From contig BCIN01000003.1 of NCBI GenBank assembly GCA_039545335.1, positions 682,001 to 746,000 of the forward strand: DNA of 64,000 bases, given 5' to 3'. The notes under the pieces are model-generated. The model ran no database searches. It had not been told where the DNA came from and was given only the letters and a program-made list of their open reading frames with translations. How positions within the stretch are numbered: position 1 is the stretch's first letter; every line of letters begins with the position of its first letter. This DNA comes from Kondoa subrosea (Eukaryota). The position numbers were made by a program, and so were the translations under genes. Shown one piece after another: positions 39,240 through 51,139 of this stretch.

Positions 39240-41185
39240 ATGCACACATAACAAGCTATACTCTATCAAGCCCTGTTTGTGATGTCTGCGAAAGGGCTAT
39301 CCTGGACCACAAATCCGATCGCATCTTCCTCCTTTTCAATGTCCATTTTATCTCCTTTGTCATTCCTATGAGCATGGCATCAGAAGTACAGATGCTTGGA
39401 TAAACTTACCTCCTGATGTGTCAACATCTGTCTTGGTGAAAACGTGTAGCTGAAGGGGTGCTGCTTTGCTAGGCGCGAAACTCCGCTGATGGCTTGATTC
39501 GTTATGGGAAGAAGCTTGACTTTCTGTCATCAAGTCAGAACAAAGCGACAATTAGAATGAAGAGCACACTCACTAAAGTAATCTCGAGCGACGAAAGTCC
39601 GTACAAGCAGAAATACTGCCGCTACGAAACACCCAGCACCGTTAATGAATAAGGGGACTAAAGTATCCCTTGTATAATTGGGTGCGATTTTGCCTCCGTT
39701 AATATAGGCGACGTAGATCCAGTTGTGTACAGAGCTCGTGATAACCCTGATATCGAAGAAGTTCAATGCGGTCATTGATATGAGGACAGGACAATACTGA
39801 CCATGCGCAAGAATAGATCATGAAGACGACTAGAAGCTTCTCGAGTAGTACTAGACTACCAGCTGCTGCTTCTAATCTCGTCTTTCGAGACTTGTCAAGC
39901 GAAAGATAGACAATGATTGAGGCGGGTACGAAGAGCAGAACCTTCATCAAAGGATATCAGACAAAGCGACGACGAGTGCATGATGCAATCACCTGAATGG
40001 ATAGTTCTGCTGTAGTCTGTTGTAATGATTCAGTATTGAAGAATGGAGTTGCCAATTGACTTACCAAATAAGTGCATCTGACGATCATTTGCGAAGCGAC
40101 ATGAATGTCATCAGACTATAGACTGTCAGAGCGATGCTGGACAACAGAGCCGGACTTGCTTACCCAGCGTTCGAAGAGGGACGCAAAATCTGGCGTTTCT
40201 GTTGCATTGGCATTGACCAGATCCAAGAGCTGTCCAGTCAAGCTTAATGCTATCGTAATTTTCAGTCCAAATGTAGTGTCTGCTTATCTCAATGCCCTAC
40301 CGACGTTGTATCGACGATTTCTGTTGATTTCTAGACTTAGCGATGCCACGAATCAGCAGGAAGATATGTACTCACGCTATCAGTGCCTACAAGCAAATCT
40401 TAGTCGTTCTCGATGTCAAATTTAAGATGTAAAGCTCACCATGACTAGAGATGCGATAAATAGACCGATCGGCAGGACATATACGCAAGTATGATAGACT
40501 ACAGAGGACGGCATGATCCATTGACTGCTATTCGTGCTGCGGCGACGGCCAGAAATTTGTACAGACGAGACAAGAACGCTTCTCAGACAAGTCAAACCTG
40601 GCATAACGGTAGAGGGAAGACAACTCACGATGCAAATGTAAACCATTGAGCGACGTAAAGGAATAGGAACGGTATCAACGTCATGAATAGCATATGTCTG
40701 GGCATCACAAAAGGTTAGAAAAGCTATGACGAACTCATGACGAGCTCACTTTTGGTTGCCGTTTGCATAGTAATCGTTCTTCGCGCGCCAGAAAGCTGCA
40801 ACTCCAGATAGAACGGCATATATACCAGCCAAGGGTACTGTAAACCGACTCAATCATCGAACAATTCCCAGCAAAACATATCGAACTTACACCAAAGCAG
40901 CATGCTATTAGGCTGAATATAGCTAGAACCCTGATCTACGCGCGCAGATCAGTCCTGATTGACAATGTCGATATGGCTTGACAAACCTCGAGTTACTCTG
41001 AATACCCAAAGCTGTTTGCTTGACCATTTGGAGTAGCACTCGTTGATCAGGGTAGCTGCATAGCAGCAAGCAGTAAGTATATTGAAAGCGCCAAGTGCGA
41101 GTAGCTCGATGCGATAGTGTGCTGCAATTTGAGGATGTAACAAGGCTTCGAATGTAGATTTGTAAAGTGCAGTATCGTAAGACAT
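39240..41185 (-). CDS. Hypothetical multi-pass membrane protein (multi-exon)
   Basis: Several hydrophobic exons (LLALGAFNILTACCYAA, VYVLPIGLFIASLVM, VLLFVPASIIVYL, PLFINGAGCFVAAVFLL) with GT-AG introns. 3' end uncertain. Confidence 0.6.
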
Positions 41186-41721
41186 GATAGCACTAAGGGA
41201 AGGGAATTGGAAAGGAAGCGAAAGGAAAGGCACAGATAAGGAGATGTTTTCAGCCCCATGACGGTCAAATTGCGGGCGTAAATTGCAGATCGTAAGTTGA
41301 TTGCCTGTCTTTCTAGAATTTAGAAAGCCTCAGATTAGACCTCCGAGCTTTGACAACTCCGGAGAGTATAACAGGAAGACTTGTGAAAATCACTAGGCCT
41401 GAAGTCAGGCGATCGAACGCCTCCGAATTTGATTGCACAAGAAAGAGACGAAGGGCACAGAAACGTCAGAGGAAACAGCTAATTATCGAAATCTGGGAGT
41501 ATTGTGAACGGTCCCGTACGGCACAGCGTACTGTACTACGTGGCCAAGCTGATGACGAAAAAACAACACACAGCAGCACACCAAAATCAACGAGACTTTG
41601 TCCATATCTAGCGACTTGAACGGTCAGCTGGGCCAGATCGAAGGTATTCTGATAAGTCGCAGAGTATTGCAATACCGGAAGCTCTTTGGATCTGCTTCCT
41701 TGGAGCAAACTTGGCTGCATC

Positions 41722-42634
41722 ATGACAACATTCGTTTACAAGAAGCTGGATGCTTTGGTTCCCAACGAATCGCCGAAGGAAGAGCTAGAATTGGATCTAT
41801 ATGGCAGGTCTAGCGAGAAGAGTAAAGGCAGAACGCTGGTATATATTCAGTAGGTTGAAATTATCGAAGGTGCGACACATCGAAAGCTGAATATGGAGCT
41901 CGCAGCGGTGGAGCATGGCGAGATGGTGTGCCGCAATCTTATTGTGTGTCTTTGAAAAGCTGAAGCAAGCAATCAGGCGACAAAACTGAGCATGCTTCAA
42001 CTCTGTTGCGAGGGCAAGTCACTCTTTGACGACCTAGCTTCTGATGCTCACTCTGCCTGGCAGTCTCACTCGAAGCAAGAATGCTCTACCTGTTGTATCA
42101 CTCAATTATCGACTATCGAAACTATCTTCTTCTGGCGAACCTCTCGTCAGGCATCCCACGCACCAAGAAGATATTCTCGATGCGCTACTATATCTCCTCT
42201 CTGACAAATCTCCTTGTCCAACTACGAGCATTACCTTGATCGGTCATTCCTGCGGTGCATTCCTTGCCTGTTCAATCGCTTCACATCCCTCGCTCAAGGG
42301 AGCAGTCAAAGCTCTGATAGGACTTGATGGCATCTACAATCTTTCCTACCTCTTAGAAGAATATCCAGATTATGCTGTCTTCGTACACCAAGCTTTCGGA
42401 GAAGACCAATCCACTTGGCCTGTTCTTGATCCGAAGAGCTTAAGAGATATACCTGTTCTGTTAGCACATAGTAAAGAAGATGAGTTGCTCAGCTTGAAGC
42501 AGGTCAGAGAGTTCTATGCTCGTCTCGGCGAAAGGGAAGTAGATACGGTTCTGGATATAAATACGCTTCGCGGGAATCATGATGAGCTGCTGGATCGAGA
42601 GGAAGTGAGATGGTTGATATTGGAGGGCTTCTAG
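41722..42634 (+). CDS. BNA7: Kynurenine formamidase-like alpha/beta hydrolase
   Basis: Spliced LVYIH|GGAWRD oxyanion motif, VVSLNYRLS, GHSCG nucleophile elbow, DGIYNL, HSKEDEL, GNHDE. Confidence 0.8.
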
Positions 42635-43085
42635 GAGAACAAGGCTGCGCGGTCTCAACTTAGATGACTGGCACTTCAGAGTCTAGTCAGAGACAATGTG
42701 AGCTACACAGAGTTTCCCCTTCCAATAGGTGTTGACACACGAGAAAGTGCTCTGCTAGTATACAGTATGCCTCAAGCGTAGTCGCGGTGCACGCAAATAC
42801 TCATCAGATAGCCTTGTGATATGGTCTAAGCTTGGACCAGAGATCAGCTGTTTAGGGCAGAAGGAGAATGGCATGCGACTATATTCGCTCTTCCAAGAGA
42901 TGAGAGGCCTCTCGCATTGAATCCGTATTATCCTTCGATCCATCCATCCATGCAACACGTACGAATGATCATCACCACGGCTTGACCTGTTAGTCCTGTT
43001 TCAACCACTTCGAGTTTTGCCGAGCGTGCTTGTAGCCGTCCCGCACTCAAGTCGGAGCTGCTTCTGGTCAGCGTCAACTGTTCAA

Positions 43086-44699
43086 ATGCCTCTCCCGGAC
43101 GAGATCCTACTGAACATCTTCGGTAACATAAAACGCAAGCCAGATGACTATTACATCCGAGATATGGCTTGGATGTCCGAAACCTGTTGTGAGCAGTCTT
43201 ATGGGGCTCAGGTGCTTCAATACTGAAGCCTGGAATCAGCACAATTCCATGCTATACTTCTTCCTCTACTTTACCACACGATCTCAGCCAAACAGGTCGA
43301 GTCGCAAGCATTCCAAAGAACAGTCAAGGACAAGACAGGTCTCGCTCTTCTGGTTCGCAATGTTACTTGGGAAGTTCAGCTGTCAGTGCTGGAGAAGGAG
43401 GATGAAGAAGACCTATGGTTGAACGAATATTCGCCTCGTGAATATAGGGACTATTGCAAACCAATACTAGAAGCGCTCGCGGTGTGCTCCAATATTACTC
43501 ATTTCGAACTCAAGCTTCAAACAATATTCTGTCCATCACGCGGAACGTGCAAAGATTGGGAATCCTTCCGGGATTTCCACTACCAAATCTGCCTCTCTTG
43601 CAACATCTGCGCGACTTCACTTTAGAAACAGACGGAGATCATGCTATGATTGGTCAAGACGAGTGGCAATTCGTGGAAAGGCTCGCCAAGCCTGGCCTTT
43701 TAGCAGACTTGCGTCTGCGAGAGTGTTCCTTCCGCAAGATGGCTAGCGTTTCGGGATTCGTCGAGATTGCTAGTATCACAGCTCTCCATTTGGACCATCC
43801 GATGGCAGACGAATCTTCAGACGAGAGTATATGCGACTTTATGCAACTAGTGCCAAATCTCAAGCGATTCACTCTGGACAGATCTTTCGATCCCATACCA
43901 GCTTCGTACATGCTCAACACTATTCTAAATACTGAAAAGTGGTCCAATATCACACACCTGGCTTTTTCAGGCATCGCGCTGGAACGCTTTGAGGACATCT
44001 CCTTCAATTCTCTGAATCTCATGTTTCCTGCTTGCGAAGATTTGACGCTGACAATACATCAAAGTTTTACTTGACGAAGATGACAGTGATGTCGTTCATA
44101 AAACATTCGCCAGCCATCAGCGTCTTCTGACGACTTTCTTCCCTCCCGAAGGCGGTGCAAGTATATTAAGACGATTCAAGCTTGCAAACTTCCTAGACCA
44201 TTCTCCAACATTTTCTGCACCTCACGATACACCTAGCAACCTCTTGTCTATCTTCAGCTCGAAAGCTTTTTTCCCTTCACTGGAATTATGCTGTCTCGGA
44301 AATCGGCCTGATTTCTTCTTGATTTCCACGGAACCAAGGATCGAAGTCCATGCAGGTCTGACGTGGTCACATCGACGAACAGAGTTTTTGGATCGACTTA
44401 AGCAGGATCTGGTCTTACTTTCTTCCACCTCTTCACCAGAAATGATAATTCAACTTGAGCTCTGGATGAATCCCTCTTTCTCTTCAGACGACATTGATGT
44501 ACTGCGGACTAGAGGAGGCATAGTAAATTGGCAAGAGATTGAGCATTTTCCTCGATGGGTGTCGTCGGACTGGGAGAGAGATATGACTGAGCGATGGGGT
44601 CCAGTTGATCAAGCGCTATCGCCGGAGATAAAAAATAGGCAGGTAAACGAGGAAGATGAGTCAGGAGAAGACGAGTCCGAAGAGTACGAAGAAAATTGA
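43086..44699 (+). pseudogene. F-box/LRR-like gene with two frameshifts
   Basis: MPLPDEILLNIF F-box start. Similarity to the paralog at 58661-60107 (CSNITH/CPFITH, FPLP, FPACEDL/FPNCEDL, PSNLL/PSDLL) switches frame near 43525 and near 44055. Confidence 0.65.
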
Positions 44700-45225
44700 T
44701 TTGAATCGAGTTCAGATGGCGAAATTGGGCTAGGAGGGGAATTTGGTTGTGACTATGCTGTACTGCTATAGGATTCTGTTCGCGAATCGGAATGTTACCC
44801 GAGACTTGAGCTACCTTGCGAAAAACATGCATTAAGGCTTCTTCACTAATTACCAGGCTGAGCGAAAGGTTCGCGTTTGCTCTCGATGATCTGCTTGATA
44901 TAGCTAACGGACTTCATACAGCTCAACCAGCTGGCATGAATACACTTTAGACCCTTGTCTTCGGCATGAAAATTCAGCAAATGCTTTCGCAGTCTCAGAA
45001 CCAATATAAATCCGCTATTAATCACTCTGACGGACCTGTATGATTACCAAGGCCTCGGAGTTTCATATGTCAGGATACATTTCATCATTTACTCTGCAAT
45101 GAAATCTTCTCGCACTTTGATTTTTGACTTGTGTTCTCCCTCTTTAACAGCAGCTTGACAGGACAGAGTCGAATCAGACGAATAGAGCTAATACTAAGTC
45201 CCCCAAACAAAATGACAATATGAGA

Positions 45226-47193
45226 TTATGCGACCCTGACTTCCAACCTCTGCTCTTCTTCGCTTTTTACCGAAACACTCTCTTGCAACCTCTTGAGCCT
45301 ATCCGCGAGAGTGTCTTGTACCTGGCTCTCCTGCATCACATCCCTAGCGGCTTGTTTCTTCTCCAGCAATTCCTTCTTTCTTGCAGCCCTCAAACGATCC
45401 GCCCTTGAATTGAGCTGCGTGACCAATTTCTTCCTAATGAATCGTTCAGTCTGTTCACAAGCTGCTACAGATCTAGCTGTCGTTCGTAGATGGACCGAAA
45501 GTGAAAAGAAAGCAGGATGAGCTTTACTTTCTTTGACCAAGATTTCATTCTGTTGCCCTTGAGGTATCAAAGTGTACAGATGTTCTTGGTGTTGATTGAG
45601 TTGTTTCAAATGTAAACGTAATCGAGTGAGGAGGGATTGCATAGTAGGAATATCGGTTTCTAAGCTTTTGTGCAGATACCAGAGTATGCGAGGCGTTACT
45701 GAGATTTGTGGAATTCTGGCTTGAGACAGCGGTTCGTTCCAATCCATCAGATGTTTGATATCAGATTCCAAGCGTAAATTGCATAATCGAGCGATCTCCA
45801 TTGTTTGAGTGACATAATGTAACAGAACGGATGGAGAGCTATTGATGACAGCTGAGCGACAGATGAGGGAAAGAGATTGCGTGTTGAGAGTATCGACATT
45901 GTATCGAGCTACTTCTGACGAAAGTTTGCGATTGTGTTTCTTTAACCTCGAAGCGACATCAACATTGACTTTGGCTATCGAATTCTTCAATCGAAAGTTC
46001 CAAGCGCTAGCAAGGCGTTTTTGAAGATCACTCAGTTGACTTGGATTTCGACCAGGAGTATAAGGTATGCGAACGCAAGTTTCGAATGTTGCCAGCATCA
46101 ACGATAACTCATTTCTTTGATGCAGAGCCAGAAGAATGGTATTGAAGACATGCCGCGTTATAGTGTAAGGTTTAGTTTGTTGTTCTTCTGCTTCAGCTAT
46201 TATTTCGACCGGATCAAATTCAGCTGGCAGATTGAGGTCCAAGTTGTAATGCTGATCAACAACAGCTTGAAATGACTTTGGTCTTCCAGCTTCTTTGACG
46301 ATTCTCAAACCCCAACTCATAGCCGTTTCCGAATGTATTCCTAATTCCGCCATTTCCCGCATCAACTCAGCTGCTTGAGGTACCATATCACCTTGTTCTG
46401 CTCTCATTTTGCCAGTTTGTTTGGTTTGCCATTCAGATAAAGTTTGTAACATTTTCACATACGCATGTTCTTTTTTCGCTGACCCAGCAAGCGGAACCAA
46501 ATCTTCTTTTCTCATAATATTCCAAACTCGAATCACACCAGGTAAATAACCCATGCTTGAAAAACAATTGATCATTCTCAAACAATCGCTAACTCCAGGT
46601 TTCATTCCTCTTTTCTTTTTCAGATTCAGTAGGAAAGCAAAACGTTGCCATTGATCTTCACCTATTTTAGGAGGTAATTGTATTTTGAGTTTCTTGTAAC
46701 TCTTTGCAGGTGGTATTAAGCGTTGGAGGTTAGAGGATAGATGATGATCTTGCAATAGATGTACTTCGTTGCGTTTATCTAATTCGAGTAGAAGAGCCCA
46801 ACATAGATCAGGCGAATTCAAGGTGTCTTCCCTCAATCGACGAAGCACTTCTTCAGTTGTCAAAAGGGATAATTCTTGCTCTAGTCTCTTTGGTAGAGCT
46901 TTCGGGAAAGCAGAAGGCGGAGGTGTAGTGATAGAAGAGGAAGAAGAAGAAGACAATGTGGGATGTGAGAACCAACTTCGCCATACAGAGCGTAAGGAAG
47001 TCAAGTAACTTTCAGGTCTTGCTGTTTCCACAATATTGCTCGTACTCGCTTGAGGTTCATTAGGAGGTGTTGGCGCATCTATCGAAGTAGATGCGAGCCG
47101 TCTGCATGCAGGACAGTAGGATGTGCTGGCTTTAGGTTGTCTTGTAGAAATTTTTGATGAACGCAAGAGCGGTCTTAGAGGAACGCTTGCCAT
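45226..47193 (-). CDS. Mitochondrial PPR-like protein (Aep2/ATP13-like), single exon
   Basis: 655-aa intronless ORF with an Arg/Ser-rich presequence and PPR-like helices (CLRMINCFSSMGYLPGVIRVWNIM; HVFNTILLALHQRNELSLMLATFE). Confidence 0.65.
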   Translation of the reverse strand: MASVPLRPLLRSSKISTRQPKASTSYCPACRRLASTSIDAPTPPNEPQASTSNIVETARPESYLTSLRSVWRSWFSHPTLSSSSSSSITTPPPSAFPKALPKRLEQELSLLTTEEVLRRLREDTLNSPDLCWALLLELDKRNEVHLLQDHHLSSNLQRLIPPAKSYKKLKIQLPPKIGEDQWQRFAFLLNLKKKRGMKPGVSDCLRMINCFSSMGYLPGVIRVWNIMRKEDLVPLAGSAKKEHAYVKMLQTLSEWQTKQTGKMRAEQGDMVPQAAELMREMAELGIHSETAMSWGLRIVKEAGRPKSFQAVVDQHYNLDLNLPAEFDPVEIIAEAEEQQTKPYTITRHVFNTILLALHQRNELSLMLATFETCVRIPYTPGRNPSQLSDLQKRLASAWNFRLKNSIAKVNVDVASRLKKHNRKLSSEVARYNVDTLNTQSLSLICRSAVINSSPSVLLHYVTQTMEIARLCNLRLESDIKHLMDWNEPLSQARIPQISVTPRILWYLHKSLETDIPTMQSLLTRLRLHLKQLNQHQEHLYTLIPQGQQNEILVKESKAHPAFFSLSVHLRTTARSVAACEQTERFIRKKLVTQLNSRADRLRAARKKELLEKKQAARDVMQESQVQDTLADRLKRLQESVSVKSEEEQRLEVRVA

Positions 47194-47734
47194 GCTAGAG
47201 AAAGGCTATGAGCCTATGTAGTAGGCAGCTGACTCTCTCACTCACGGCGAAGATTAACGAGCTGGATGTATGAAGTCAACAGACACTCAACTTATTTATG
47301 CACGATTAAGGAAAGCGCTACATTTGCATGCGTGTTACATGATAGCATTGTAATGAATGCATTCTATAGCGCCTAACGATCCCGTTTGTCCGCCGCGTAT
47401 CTGTGAAGGCAATCCACGAAACTTCGGACGCTTCCCATTTATACGGCAGTCAGCTCTTGCACCACAATCGACCTTTGCAACAACCCAGAAGAAAAGACGG
47501 GTAAAGAAGCCAAAGAATGAAGATCAGTACGAGCGTTTCTTTGATCTTGGTCACTCAAGTGTGACGAGCGTGTGAGAGTTTCTTAAGCAGAGTGTGCTCG
47601 AGATGGACTGTCTCGTCAATTTCTAGAGACCTTTTGTTCAATGAGCTGAACAGACACGGCAAGGCAGGGAACGAAGCCAAGTTGGGGATGAAGCAGAATG
47701 GAACAGAAGATGTGAAATCGGGCGAAAGGTTACT

Positions 47735-48371
47735 TCAACCAGCTGGAGTTGCTATTGCATTGATACACCGATCAAAAGCCTTGCTCTTGATAGCGGGCGG
47801 TGCTATTGCTGGATTATCGCTCAAAGGTGGTGAAAAGGGATTGCAGATGTAAGAGATGTAAGCATTGTGAATAGCTCGAAAGATCTGTGCAGAGTTCCCT
47901 ATCTTCAGCAAGTATTTCCTGCAAAGAACCAGAACACGCACAGTCTGCACATCGTGATCTCGTATTGACACATCTGCCAAAGCAAGAACCAGGACAATCT
48001 TCACTCTAGTATTTGTCTGGAAGCCGTAGCTACAACATAACCTATCAGAGCTTGACCCACGCATCTGCAATGTGAGACTTACACTGCATAGTCTTCTAGC
48101 GTATAGAGCAAACCCAGGTAGCCTTCTTGTGATTTAATGCCCGCTAGTTCTGTCAGCCAAATGCTCCACGCAAATCAGCCTCATGCTGAAACGCAATAGC
48201 TCTGGTCTGACCTCTCTCATCGAAATAATCTAAACTGGTATGCGCGACAGTGTGCCATTTCAAGTCTTGCTCTACTGCAGATCTCGCAGTAGCCGTCGAG
48301 TAGCCTCTGACCCAAAGCGGAGTGTTCTGCTTGCTTATCAAGGCGATAGAAAGGATTCGGATGGTCGACAT
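47735..48371 (-). CDS. TRAPPC2L: Sedlin-family TRAPP subunit (TRAPPC2L/Tca17)
   Basis: IALISKQNTPL, HTSLDYFDER, YLGLLYTLEDYAVYGFQTNTRVKIVL, IFRAIHNAYISYICNPF. Confidence 0.88.
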
Positions 48372-48392
48372 GTAACGACCTCTGTCCACAGG

Positions 48393-48803
48393 ATGATTTT
48401 GGGTGTAGGGGTGGATGTGCTGCATTTACCGAGGTTGAAGCGCTTAGTGGATCGCTACGGGATACAAAGGCTTGCTGCTAGAATCATGCATGAGCAAGAA
48501 CGGAGGGCAATGTCAGGCGCGAGTGATATAGAATGGATGTCTCGATTAACTCTCAGGTTCGCCAGAATATACAGTTCAGCGACGTAGCTCATCCAAGAGT
48601 ACAGCTGGACTGCAAAAGAAGCTGCCTATAAAGCTTTGTACCCTCAATATAAGCTGAACTGGAAAGATTTGACAATCCTGAAAGACAAGAAACCTTACCT
48701 TTACTGTCATCAGCCCATCAAGCTGCATCTCAGCGTCAGTCACGATAACGACATGATGACCGCTTTCGTGATAGCAGAAAAAGAAGAAACCAAGGGAAAG
48801 TGA
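48393..48803 (+). CDS. PPT2: AcpS-type 4'-phosphopantetheinyl transferase (mitochondrial holo-ACP synthase)
   Basis: MILGVGVDVLHLPRL, R|WTAKEAAYKAL, HLSVSHD; one intron. Confidence 0.88.
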
Positions 48804-48883
48804 AAACACAAAAGTCATCAATGCACATGCGGAAACCCCAATACAGCCAATCCATCGCTCCTACTGAAAGAAATCTTTAAGCC

Positions 48884-50881
48884 TTAGTCTTCTTCTTCTT
48901 CTCCTTCTTGGCTTTCTTGGAAGAAGGTTCAGCTGGATCAGCAATCGCTTCCGCTGCTGTAGGCTCCGCAATAGCTTCTGCATCTCGCTTCTTCTTATCC
49001 TTTTTAGCTTTCTTGGACGTTGTCTTGGCTGGATCGACATCCATTACATCAACAGGTGGTGCAGCAGAAAGTGGTGCGGAGGGAGTGTCAGCAACAGCAG
49101 GATCCTGTAACGATCAATGGATCAGCAGGCTGCCGCGCACTCTGAATGTAAAGCAACACGCACATCTTCACCAGCTAAAGCTTTCTTTGACTTCTTCTTT
49201 TTGATCTTTTTCCCATCCTCTTTGATTTCTTGAGCAGCTTCATCAATCTCCTCCAAGACCTCGCTCTTCCTCTTCTTATCTTTCTTACTCTTCTTTTTTG
49301 GTGATACATCCTTTTCCTCTTCTTCATCGTCTTCAGCATTCGCATCACCCATCTCTACTTCAATCGTTCGCAGCTGTTCTAAAACTCTCGCCATAGCTGT
49401 AGAGTTCTTGGTCGGCGCTGCTCCTGTTTCGTAGAAAGCTAGACGTTCTTCAACTTGACCTTTGAGTGCGTCTCCGTATTTAGTGGAAGGTGCGTCTGTG
49501 TGCAAAAACAGATGTCTTAAGTTTGTGTACCAAACAACAGACAACCGCTGGTGCACACCTGAAAAGCAATCGATCCTTGATGCGATGGAACACTTGTTGG
49601 CTAAGAATCTTGATATCCGACCTTTGTTCTTTTGACCTGCTCTTCCAATGAAAGTACTCTGTGCATTCCAAGAACTGCACATCAGTCAAAGACTGAAAGC
49701 AGGTCTCTTCGAACGCACATGATAGATCAGACCATATTTCGGTGTGTTTCCTTTCGTCTTTAGTGCCCTGAACAAAGCTTTCTCCGCACCCAAAATCTGA
49801 ACCGTACTTGCTGGATATTTGGATAAATTGGTCAAACTTCCAGCATGAGAAATCAACCTCGCTGCTACTGTATCTCCGATGAGCGCTCCAAGATTAGGTG
49901 CAACCAAAGTCATTTTCTCGTTCAAATAGATTTGTAAAGATTTTCGGTAAGCGAAAAGATTGATGACTCTTGTTGCGAAATTGGAAATATTGATGAGATC
50001 AATTGGGGAGATATCGGTTCCCATACTTGTTTTAGCAGCTTCGAAAACGCTTCCAGCTCGACTTTCATCGCCTTCCAAAACTTCTGCAATTTTATGTAAC
50101 AATTCTTCTTTTTCTGGATCCATTGTAGAAGAAGAAGGACCGAAAGAAACTAGTTTTGATTTATCGCCTACGAGTTTGACAACTTGAGCATATTGATAAT
50201 TGTCTGGAACGATTTTGACCAATTCTGGGAAATGCCATCCATACCATTCTCTAACTCTCATTGCAAAAGTGTTTACGTCTTTATCCATTTGATCCAATAG
50301 AGCGATTGCTTGAATAATCATATTGTCTGAACGGTTGACGTTGAACTTGACTTTAGCTCTGGAATAGGCATGACCTAAACCTAGTTGAGAAGCAATCACA
50401 TCTCCAGTAGTTAAATTTGGTAAGAGTTTTTCAGCATGCAATCGTAAACCACGAATGAGTTCTAGTGTTCTTTCTGAAGTATCGCAATCGATTCCTAAGG
50501 CTGCTTTGATAGAACCTGCTAAACCTCTTTCGGAGACACCAAGAATGACTTGATTCTTCTTGCTTGGTAAGTTTTGTTCTAGCATAGATTGAAGATAGTC
50601 ATTCATTACGCCTGTTGTTTGACTTATCAGCCCAGGCTTTCTTGCATATACGGCATGGGGAGAAAGGACTGACCCTCCGAAACATCGTTAGCGTTCTCTA
50701 AAGCTTGAGCAGCATCTTGGAAAGGTAAGAAAGTGACCAAGTGCATCATTTTGGAGAAGCGAGTCAGATCTTTAATGGTGTCTTGCACGTCTTTGCTCTT
50801 TTGACCAATTTCATCGTGCATAGTTGAAGTGAACAAGGCATAGCCTGTTGCTGATTCCAGCAACACATGAGTCGCTGTCAT
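48884..50881 (-). CDS. NOP56: Box C/D snoRNP protein Nop56
   Basis: [87 protein letters not shown]-rich tail. Confidence 0.96.
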
Positions 50882-51139
50882 TCTGTGCGGGCGCTAGTCT
50901 TGGGACGGTCCCTTGTTTGGCGTGAGGTAAGAAGGTAAGGGAGTTTGGCAATTTTCTTTCGCTTCAACTTGGAACAAACACGTGACACATAATTTCAGTT
51001 TGTAGGAAATACTTGCGCGTTTCGGAGGGAAGGTTTCCAACTCTCTCCCTTCACCTCACACCACAATACCCTGCCAACTGCAAAGTGTGATATCCAGCGC
51101 GTGTCTGATCAGCGCTCGGACGATTCAAAGGGGCCAAGA

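Noticed and set aside
42700..42960. Short minus-strand ORF with an intron-like segment
   Set aside because: Too short, no homology signal and no consistent gene model.
47200..47730. Possible structured ncRNA between the PPR gene and TRAPPC2L
   Set aside because: No recognisable snRNA, snoRNA, tRNA or RNase P/MRP motifs by eye; needs an Rfam scan.
50980..50986. CACGTGA E-box in the NOP56/SEC7 divergent promoter
   Set aside because: A single short motif with no supporting context.
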